The notes under the pieces are model-generated. The model was not told the DNA's origin. It made no database searches and was given only the letters and a program-made list of their open reading frames with translations. From Catajapyx aquilonaris (Eukaryota), in assembly GCA_000934665.2 (NCBI GenBank), contig KZ537968.1, positions 1 to 64,000 on the forward strand: DNA of 64,000 nt, written 5' to 3'. Both the position numbers and the translations under genes were made by a program. How positions within the stretch are numbered: the stretch's first letter is position 1; every line of letters starts with the position of its first letter. Positions 36,341 to 45,840 of the stretch are shown here, in pieces.

Positions 36341-38152
36341 GGGGGATGGGGGGTAGATAGATATATAGGGTGGTGGGCATGGGTGGTGGGGGTGGCTGGA
36401 ATTGATCTTCGTCGCAGCAGCTCCCTATTTTGTGTGGAGCTGGAGCAGCGTTTTCCAGGAATCAGTCCGGAACAGGTTCTCCTGGCGCTAGGAGGGCGCC
36501 TCTAACTACTTACTTAAAAGAATAATAACACTGCTTGTACCATATAGGTTGGTTGCTGGTCACGTAAGTTCGTTTTGTGGTGTGGTCGTGACCCTTTTTA
36601 TTGTGGCAGCATGTCCGTTTGATGTGGCTTGTTGTCTGGTAAATAAGGCCGGTTTCATGTGCAGTTGTAAGCAACAGGTCAATACTGAATGGGGAAGATT
36701 GCAACAGGCTGTGATAGGCTGGTTATAGTGGACAAAAAATAGTAAACTACTAGTCCCATCGCGCATGATTGCCTTACTATCCCTATAAATCGGGTTAGCT
36801 CGTGTTATTACTCACGTAGGATGAGTGGTAGTTAATTTTCCATTATAGCCTTATGGCAATGGGATTTGGAGCTGTAGTACATTGCTGGTGTAAATGATAT
36901 TGGAGAATATTATACAGCATCAGCACAGGGGAGTAACGATCGCCCTCAGCTGCTGCATACGTGGCGTAAACAAACTAATGGAATGAGGGGGGATGGAGAT
37001 CCTTTTATGGACAGCAAATACCTGCGGTTTTTCATTTCCAGCCGGTCACTTTCCAACGTGTAATGAGGCCGGGAGAAGTGGAGAATAATTGAATTTCTTT
37101 TTTGGAAGTCGTGGAATTCTGCTGATTAATTATGCCATTCATTCAATCTCAACTTGCAGCGTGGAATTAGCGGTTTTTGCATCTGCTTTTAATGGTGTAA
37201 GGCGATTTTTTGGAGGGTTTATATAATGGAAAGGTGCTGGTGTGAATTGGTCTGGCAGATGCACTTAGCAAATCATTATAATATTTCATTATCTACCTGA
37301 AATTGTCCTCATTGTTTTTTTGTAAAATTATCTTTCAGGCGGCTGTTGATTTAAACCGCAATTTCCTAAGGAATTATTTGCTTTCTGAAAATTGATGCTC
37401 AGAAAATATTTTCTCTCATGATGAGTAAGTATAGGTCTACCGTTTCAATAAATGCAGGAATCTGAGTCTTACCGTAAATATTATACATTTGCAATCTCAA
37501 TTAAGGTAACAACTTAGGGTCAAGCAATCTATCTGCAGTATATAGTAGCGTCCATGCCTATGGATGTGCAGAAAGTATTGCGTACATAAATGCATCGCAC
37601 GTGCAGCAGAAAGCACACATGTGTATTAGCATATAGTGCAATTGTGCACAGCTGCATTCATTATAATTCGACTAAAATTTAACAACATGTGTCCTTGCAT
37701 GTTACACGTCGCATGGAACATCTTAATAAGTCATTTTAGATTTCCATCTCCGCCCTGGTTATGGTTTTTATCCCAATAAAAATTCAAGTGTCACGCACTC
37801 TGCTTCAGGAGCTTGATTCGAAAATGACGAGTATAGCGGAGTAGGTGTGTGCAATATTTGTGTACTATATTGTGTATTGAACAACTGTATGTTCATGCAT
37901 ATAACCGTGTCAGACAAGTGTAGGTTACGGAGAAAAAAGTGCTTCCCCTTGCTGAAGAGTCATCACTTATGGGCTTAAAGGAATGGTTTTGTCCCAAAAA
38001 TATACTTTGCAACAATGACTTTTTCCCTTGAAACATGCAATCTGGCCCTATTAGCCTTCCGTGCCACAATAAAACCGGCTTCCACGAACTTTCATAATAT
38101 ATTGACTATACCAATGCCTTATATTCCCCACAGCCAAAAATCGTCCCCTAAG

Positions 38153-38839
38153 ATGAGCGACACACCCCCGGAAATCCGGGGCAGTGACGAAGTAGAGGGC
38201 CTCCACAACGGGTTCATGTTCCAGATCGCCCAAGAGTCTCACTACCCTATGATCTACGAGCAGATCCGATCGCAGTTCTGTAAGGACGAGGTGACCGGCA
38301 AGTCCCTGGGATACTCGGAGGCTCTGGCCACCAGCGACGAGATATACTCCTCGCACATCCTGAGGGAAGGAGCCGGGATGTGCCTGGTGGCCATCCACCA
38401 GGAGAGTGGTCAGCTGGCCGGACTTCAGCTGGCCTGCGTGCTTCGAAGGGGCGAGAAGCACCTGGAGGACCAGCGGTACGACACGCAGTTCCGGAAGATC
38501 CTGGGTCTGCTGGCTTACGTTGATGCACAGGGAGACCTGTTTGGGAGGTACCAGGTGGACGAGGTCTTCGAGCTGAGCATGACTTCGGTGGACAGTCAGT
38601 TCAGGGGAAGAGGACTGGCCCCTGAGCTGGTGCTGAGGAGCCTGCGTCTTGGGACGAAGCATGGGCTGAAGGTGGCGTGTGCCATTTGCACAGGACTGTA
38701 CTCCCAAAAGGTGATGGCCAAGCAGGGGATGGTGGACGTGTACGAGGTCAAATACGACGAGTACAAACCAAATGGAGAGGTGGTGTTCACTAACACGCAT
38801 CCTCACACGTGTGTCAAGCTGATGGCCAGAGAGATATAA
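38153..38839 (+). CDS. iAANAT-like GNAT (G10), 228 aa; by eye the most Dat-like C-terminus
   Basis: FCKDEVT, TSVDSQFRGRGLA, ICTGLYSQKVMAKQG, YDEYKPNGEVVFTNTHPHTCVKLMAREI; acceptor CCCCACAG ends at 38133. Confidence 0.93.
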   Translation: MSDTPPEIRGSDEVEGLHNGFMFQIAQESHYPMIYEQIRSQFCKDEVTGKSLGYSEALATSDEIYSSHILREGAGMCLVAIHQESGQLAGLQLACVLRRGEKHLEDQRYDTQFRKILGLLAYVDAQGDLFGRYQVDEVFELSMTSVDSQFRGRGLAPELVLRSLRLGTKHGLKVACAICTGLYSQKVMAKQGMVDVYEVKYDEYKPNGEVVFTNTHPHTCVKLMAREI

Positions 38840-40089
38840 GTCGTGGTGCGATGCAGAATGATCAAAGTTGAAATTAAATCAGAAAAATGACTTAACGATT
38901 TAAAAGGATCCGAAATGTCCAGCTCAACCAAATGTAACTATGATCATTCTACATAAGGATTTAAAATGTGTCCCCTCCCCGTAGAATTGTGTCCATGCTA
39001 CCACAACTGCCAGCTTTATTTTTCTATCAAGTATGGAGAATTCATGTGATTTATATCCCTTCCCATACCCTGATAATCATATATTTTAAAAACATCAACG
39101 ATATCTTAAAACCTCACCAACCATGCATCGCACCCCCGATCAAACAGCTGATGTTGTCTTATTGTTAGCACACACTAAAAAAAAAGACTGAAATACAGTG
39201 CGAGGAGACTAATGAAAAGATGGTGTACATCATTTTCTGACAGGTCTCCAATCGCTGTGACTCATACCACACAGTATTATATTTGTGGCATGTCGTAACG
39301 AATGTATATTCAACCCGATATAATAATAAAAACAGATATTTTGATCTCGCACCTTCCTATCAGCCTCAGAAGCTTCGACCTTTTCCGATAATGACGTCCC
39401 CCATTATTTCAGAGTGGCAATCAGCGATAAGGTCACATTATTCTCCCCGCCCATTCTGCACCGTGACACTTGACACACGAATATGCGCCGATATCATTTG
39501 ATCACGTGAACGACGTGAACCCTAGTGCCAAAGCCATCATTAGATAACCAGTAGTAGGTCGTCCGAAGCGCAAGTCGATAGGTTGGAATACTCCAGAGAT
39601 TACGTTTAATTGAGCGCCAAGGCCATCTGTTGAATCCAGGGGATATATTCCGATCGAACACCCGTATTACTTGCAAGGTAATAGTGACCGGACATTTACA
39701 CTGGGGTAAGGGTAGTATGGATTTTCGATTCTGGTATTGGTCAAGTTGTCGCGTATATAGTTAAAGTGGCACTTTCAGTCCTTGAAAAGGGACTGGCCTT
39801 TAAAATGTTACGCAATTTGTGAATCATTGGTGGATGAAGATGGTGTAATCATTAGATAATCGTTCAATTCTATGCCGGAAGTTGGCATTCAAAATTTTTG
39901 TATAGTCAACAGATAGTGTTCTTGGAAGAGTCGCGTTCGTACACTATATTGGCATTATCATCGGATAAGGTGAGTTCCAAACCCAATTGGAGCCATTGCA
40001 GCCTCTTTAATCACGAACAGTCGAGTATTAATGTCTTTATAATTTGAAAGAGATTCTATATTGTAGTGATTTTTCTCATATCCCATCCC

Positions 40090-40199
40090 CAGGGATGGAA
40101 AAAGAAGCGCTTCTTGGAAGGAAGCGCTTCTTTTTTCCATGTTCAGGGTTGGAAAAAAGAACCGCTTCCTTCCAAGAAGCGGTTCTTTTTCCATCCCTG
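40090..40199. mobile_element. 110-bp hAT-superfamily MITE with a perfect 8-bp TSD
   Basis: CCCATCCC|CAGGGATGGAAAAAGAA...TTCTTTTTCCATCCCTG|CCCATCCC (TSD at 40082-40089 and 40200-40207); almost wholly palindromic. Confidence 0.92.
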
Positions 40200-41028
40200 C
40201 CCATCCCATATCTTTAAGTTTGTCAATATTAATCTCAACTCCTGGTAGTACTATCATAGTGAAGTACCGGAAAAACCACGGAAAATCCCACAACTGCAAT
40301 GTATTGATATCGTAAATGAGAAACCCATCTAGATATCTCCAGTGTGCTGTCGTTAGAGTGCATGTCCCTCATCACATCATGCAGAAACACAAGCAGATTG
40401 TGCGCCCATCCTAACAACTGCGCAACCATTCCACTGTGCAGTCTGCCATACACCCAGGATACATTCCACTACCCATCACCTCCAACAAAGGATCCATCTT
40501 GCTAATTCAACTCGGAGATGAAAGTGATGCACCCCCCCCCCCCCCCACAGGCCCTCAATTTTATTTGGCCCCTATCCTATACCCTTTGAGGTGAAACCCG
40601 TGCTTCATCCATAATACATGCACCGCCTGTAGCCATCATTAAAGCCCCTCTGTCTGGCTTGTGGAACACTCGAGTGTTGGCCCGTGTGACGAACAGACAT
40701 TTGTCCTTGACTTATCCACTAAAACGGAGCCTGCCTCCTTTTGTGATATCAATTGCTTTTCGTCTATTGGAGAAGGCTTTTGAGATACTTTCCAACAGCA
40801 GTTATTGACTTTTTCCAGCTGAGAGATTTCAACGTAGCAGGAAATTGAACTTTTGTCAGTAGTGTTGAGTCATGTTGACTCAAAAGATGCTGCTGAGTGC
40901 AAAAATGTCCAACCCATTTTTCCAACCAACCCATAGCACACCTAAGCGTGTATCATTGCCAGTAATACACGATACAGCGAATTTATTGACAAACTGTGTG
41001 TACAGAGTGTGATAAATCGGCTTTGCAG

Positions 41029-41495
41029 TCAGCCCTCCAGTGAAAAAGAGTCTCTGAATATGCAATATTTGGCTCCAAAAGCGGATTACCGGTATAGCTC
41101 AAGGGAATGAGCGAACTGTAGAGAATCCAATTTTTGTCCGGGTATGGTGGGTGGTGGGTTGAGAGCATCATGGAGCTAGGGAGTTGCGTTTTATGCAAAG
41201 CTCCTTGGATACAGCGATGCCAGGAGTTAAAAGGAGGGTTTGAGTTGAGAGGATATTGCTGAAGCTACGTAGAAAATTTAATCTTCTGGTACATTTAAGC
41301 CAAGACGTAATTGAATTCCCGTCTGGAGGTAGTAGAGCCCTTGAGACTGCCAAACAACGACGTTTCTTTCTCCGTCTCCGAGGAACGCACCATGGAGCGG
41401 AACATTCGATTTGGTGCAGCCAGAATGAGACATTATTACAAGATTGCTGGAGGCTAAGCTACTCAGGTGTCGACGCTTTTGTGCGCAAGTTGTAA
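41029..41495 (+). pseudogene. Possible heavily decayed GNAT copy between G10 and G11
   Basis: After acceptor CTTTGCAG (ends 41028): IFGSKSGL/RY (cf. G1 IVGSKDGFRY), VLCK/LGYSDA (cf. VLCKSLG, KSLGYSEA), NL..EF, FSVS, RNIRFG (cf. RNLRQA/RSLRLG), then YS 44 nt later (45 expected). Needs several indels. Confidence 0.3.
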
Positions 41496-41960
41496 TAAGG
41501 CCTTTTGCCACCTGCATGTTGCAGAATTTGTATGGAAACTGCGAGTCAGGACCATGCTCGAATGTATGCTATGTGACGCATTTGAATAATTAATAAGAAC
41601 GGTTTAGGTCGGTGCAAATATGTGTCATTGATTTTCATGAATTTTGCACGCTCGTGTGTAATTTATTGTAGGCCTACTGCAGAAATTATTATGAGAGAAA
41701 ATGTCACACCTGTAATCATGCTAGCCGATCTATTAAGTGTGCTGTGACCTATTTATTGGCGTCTGTTTTCGCAACCTGAGTACATAGCAAACATTGTGCC
41801 AAATGGCAAACACACGCAAATATTATTCTGACTCAAATCACACTATGGGTTACTGTTATGACAACAAGAAGCACGTGCTTCCTTCTCGTCTGTCAATATG
41901 AAAAGGAAGCCAACGCAGTACCTACGCAACCTAACGTAACGTTACTATGAATAACTCATT

Positions 41961-42140
41961 GGGCCAGATGCCCCAAGTGTTCGTTGCCAATGGAACTGGG
42001 CCAATTTCCATCAACCCATCCCCCCACCCTTTGGTCTATCGTGTGCGCAGGCATCAGAAGTGGACAGATCGGATCCGACCTTCAGTAATCCCAGTGTTCA
42101 TAGACCATTGTTGGATATTGCAGTGATACCGTTTGTAAGT
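41961..42140 (+). promoter_or_regulatory. Putative promoter and first exon of G11
   Basis: Block GTTGCCAATGGAACTGGGCCAATTTCCATCAAC is shared with the G12 upstream region; initiator-like TCAGT at 42082; donor GTAAGT at 42135. Confidence 0.6.
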
Positions 42141-42963
42141 GTTGACACTCTTTCAATATTAGTGTGTTTGTAGGTGTTGTTGTCGCATTTATAAAGGCAA
42201 TGTGACGTAACATTTTTAAAAAAGTAAGTTGAAACATGGTGCATTGTTCAACATCATAAGTCGCCATTGTGATAGATAGAACTGTCAAAAACTTTGTGAA
42301 AAACAATAGCAAGAGGACAGCATCATCTGAAAGAATTGTTCACTAGTTTCTTCTTTTCGTCGGAACTTGTTTGTGTCCTAATGACTTTTCCTTTTTCCAA
42401 ACTTTTTTCTTTTGTCGCTCTTCAGCAGGAAAAGCCCATTATGAGATGTAATTAGCTTCTCTACCTAGAGAGCGCTAGCTCCCGGTAGTAAGATGTTCAA
42501 AAAAAATCTCGTTAGAAGATGCCAAGAGTTTCTAGGAGAATACAAGTGGGCATAAAGAGTCTATCGATTTGGGACTGCCCTGAGGATATAAGCTTGCTGC
42601 AATTTGAAGTACAAAGTTGAGAGGATAAGACATTTTGACTTACAAACGATATTAAAGAACTAGTTAGCGCTGGGAATATTTATTATTTTCTTGAAAAATA
42701 TTTTTGAATTCGCTAATTTAGCACAATATCTGCAAGCATTATTTCTTGGACAATTTATTTGGGAAAAATTAATATCCTGCCATAGTGCATCTACTCTTTA
42801 TGCTATGTCTAACAATGGCCTGACAATGTCGCTGGGCCGAACACCAAAAACTACTCAGTGCACTGTATGTGAAAAAATGGCTTAATTAGAGTCCGACGCG
42901 TTACTGCGAGCAGCACTATTATAGCATTTTCTGAAATCTTGATTGTTGCAGATATCGTCCAAA

Positions 42964-43635
42964 ATGAACAACAACATCCAAGACGATGGCATCTACGGCT
43001 GCTCCGACGGGATCAGATACGTACCAATGGAGGAGAGCATGTTCCCAGAGATCCTGAAGCACATGAGAGAATACTTCACCAGAGACGAAATACTTGGAAA
43101 ATCCCTGGGATACACAGAGACTCTGGCTGACGACATCTGCGATTTCACCAAGAACAACATGACCGCCGGAATTGGTTTTTCTGTAGTGGCTCTGGACGAC
43201 AGCACTGACGAAATAGTCGGAGTCCGGATTTCCAAAGTCGGGATGAAGTCCGACGATCATCCGGAACTAGTGTGCGGACCGGATTTCCTGAAGGTTATAA
43301 CCTTCCTGGGGTTTCTGGAGTCTCATGGCGATGTGTATGCAAAGTATGGAGTGGACGAGCTTTTCGAGTTTGTCCTGGTCTCAGTTTCGTCCAAGTACAG
43401 AGGCAGAGGGATAGCTTCACAACTGGTGGACAGAAGTCTACGTTTGGCCAGAAGCAAAGGGTTCAAGTTGGTTAAAGGAACGTTCACGGGGCTGTATTCG
43501 CAGAAAATTGCGAACAAATTTGGGTTTCAGGTGGAGTCGGAGGTTTTCTATAAGGATTACAAGGTGGACGGAGAGGTTGTGTTTAGCAACACTGGCGAGC
43601 ATCCTTCGGGGAAATGGATGGTCAAAGTTTTGTGA
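42964..43635 (+). CDS. iAANAT-like GNAT (G11), 223 aa
   Basis: GIYGCSDGIRY, YFTRDEIL, VSVSSKYRGRGIA, FTGLYSQKIANKFGF, VFSNTGEHPS; acceptor TTGCAG ends at 42951. Confidence 0.93.
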   Translation: MNNNIQDDGIYGCSDGIRYVPMEESMFPEILKHMREYFTRDEILGKSLGYTETLADDICDFTKNNMTAGIGFSVVALDDSTDEIVGVRISKVGMKSDDHPELVCGPDFLKVITFLGFLESHGDVYAKYGVDELFEFVLVSVSSKYRGRGIASQLVDRSLRLARSKGFKLVKGTFTGLYSQKIANKFGFQVESEVFYKDYKVDGEVVFSNTGEHPSGKWMVKVL

Positions 43636-44037
43636 TATAATATGTGATAAAATAGTGCCTCATGATGATTCCACTACTCATGAAGCATGAAATATTTTAT
43701 TATATTCCATAATGTATTTACAGTTTCATAATGCTGCTTTGGTAGTTCACAGATGTGCCTCATTGGGAATATTCCTGCCAATATTTTGAATGCATTTATG
43801 GCTGTAATTGAAACGCGATAAACGAATAAATTATGACATATCAATGATATAATTAGGCTGATTTATTCCTTAGTGTCTTAGCTTTTATGCCAGAGGCTTG
43901 CAAAAAATTGTCTCCTGCTCTTATGCAAATATGACGTTTGTAATATGTAGTTCACACTTGTTCGCGACTGGGCAATCAATCAGGAAAGGAAACGGGACAT
44001 CCCTTGGGTTAACTACACGTCACTTTACGACCTCATG

Positions 44038-44244
44038 TGGGCCAGCTGCCCATATAGCCCCCCCACAATTTTTTTGTTGCCAATGGAACTCGGCCAATTC
44101 CCATCAACACGCCAACTGTGTGCGCATGAACAAGAGGAACACCGTCGGCTCCTATCGTCAGTAATGCTGGCGTTCCTTGCCAATTCGACATTGTTCTGAG
44201 CTGCTGCCGAGAGCCGCACTTCTCATATACTCAGTACTGTAAGT
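44038..44244 (+). promoter_or_regulatory. Putative promoter and first exon of G12
   Basis: GTTGCCAATGGAACTCGGCCAATTCCCATCAAC; TCAGT at 44158; donor GTAAGT at 44239. Confidence 0.6.
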
Positions 44245-45168
44245 ATAAGCAGGGAATTATGTATTCATTTATATTGCAGCTTAATTTACGTAAGGTATAG
44301 TTATATGGGCTTTGCACGTTCATGAACAAATTTGCACGTTTTCATAATATATTCGCATTAATGAATGTAATTACTGCATAATTAAAAGCACTACTTGACG
44401 TCAAAACCTCCATCGATAAATGACTGGCCTTCTACTACAGAATATGAGGCACAGCTATGGGCGATACTAAAAATCAGTGCTCTTTACATCCTAAGCCTCT
44501 CGAGGCATGCTTGAGCCTAATTATTTTTTTTTTCGAGCTGACAGGTTCTTACTGGGTCTATACTTTGAGGAAGTGTACAATTATGGGGATTGGTATTATT
44601 ATAGGCTAGTTCTGTATACAATGTATCGGATCAGCAGGGGGATTTTAAAAACTCGTTAAAAAGATAGCGTTTTTTTCGATGTAGGCAACAAGAGAACGGG
44701 GGGAGTATAATATCGATTTTCTTGCCTGAGGATGTACTGCATAGAAGTACTCTACAAAGTTTGAACAGAATCCGGCCGGTTCCAACTACTAGTGCCTGGA
44801 GTGTTACATTATTTTGTATGCCATTTACCGAATGTTGCATGATCTCATGGGCGAATAGTGCACAAATTAATATTAGCTTAAATCAAAAATTGATATGCAA
44901 TTTGGCGATATTTTAAATTTCCGGGTTTGATTGCACTTTTTTATCATATAACTAGAACTAGTATTCTTACTCTAACAAGTTCGCTGTGCCCTTTAAACAC
45001 TCACTATTTCTTACTCGGTCGGGATTTCTTGCGGTTCAGCTCATTACACAGTTAATGAGCGCGAACCGACCAGAAACCCTGCGCGAATAACAACACTATA
45101 TCCGCTGACTATTAAAAATGTCGCACATTATGCATTTTTCATTCTTTTCAGAATATGAGCTGCTAAAT

Positions 45169-45840
45169 ATGAATAACATTGAAGATAATGATATCTACGG
45201 ATGCTCCGATGGAATTCGGTATTCGCCAGTAGATGAGAGCATGTTTCCAGACATACTCCAGCACATCAGGGAATACTTCAGTGCGGACGAAATACTTGGC
45301 AAGTCCTTAGGCGTCACCGAGGCTTTGACCGACGACATTTGCGACTTCGCCAAGAAAAATCTGGCCGCCGGAAAGGACCATTCCATCGTGGCTCTGGACG
45401 AAAGCACTGGCGAAATAGCCGGAGTGTTCATATCCAAAGTGGCTATAAAATCAGAGCATCATCACGACTCCAAAGTGTACGGACCTGATTTTACCAAGAT
45501 TTTGGACATCATGGATTACTTGGAGTCACAGAGCGATGTGTTTGAAAAATACGGTGTGGACCGGTGTTTCGACATTAGCATTGCGTCCGTGTCCACAAAG
45601 TACAGAGGGAAAAGGATAGCTTCTCATCTGGTGTCCAGGAGTCTTCGTGCGGCCAAAAGTAAAGGGTTTAAATTGGCCAAAGGGACTTTTACTAGTCTGT
45701 ACTCGCAAAGGATTGCGCACAAGATGGGGTTTCAGGTGGAGGCTGAAGTCTTGTACAAAGATTATGTGGTGGACGGACAGGTTGTGTTTTCCAATACGGA
45801 GGAGCATCCTTCTGCTCAGTGGATGGTCAAAATCATGTGA
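45169..45840 (+). CDS. iAANAT-like GNAT (G12), 223 aa; paralog of G11
   Basis: DIYGCSDGIRY, YFSADEIL, ASVSTKYRGKRIA, FTSLYSQRIAHKMGF; acceptor TTTCAG ends at 45151. Confidence 0.93.
   Translation: MNNIEDNDIYGCSDGIRYSPVDESMFPDILQHIREYFSADEILGKSLGVTEALTDDICDFAKKNLAAGKDHSIVALDESTGEIAGVFISKVAIKSEHHHDSKVYGPDFTKILDIMDYLESQSDVFEKYGVDRCFDISIASVSTKYRGKRIASHLVSRSLRAAKSKGFKLAKGTFTSLYSQRIAHKMGFQVEAEVLYKDYVVDGQVVFSNTEEHPSAQWMVKIM

Noticed and set aside
14385..45168. N-terminal extensions in the ORF track (starts at 14385, 17241, 19521, 25721, 34261, 38015, 42943, 45118)
   Set aside because: They use non-ATG starts or run through the upstream intron and acceptor; paralog alignment supports the downstream ATGs.
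14439..45840. Prokaryotic operon, horizontal transfer or CRISPR-like interpretation of the intronless array
   Set aside because: The genes have spliceosomal acceptors, poly(A) signals, kilobase-scale spacers and insect-type AANAT motifs; no repeat-spacer array is present.
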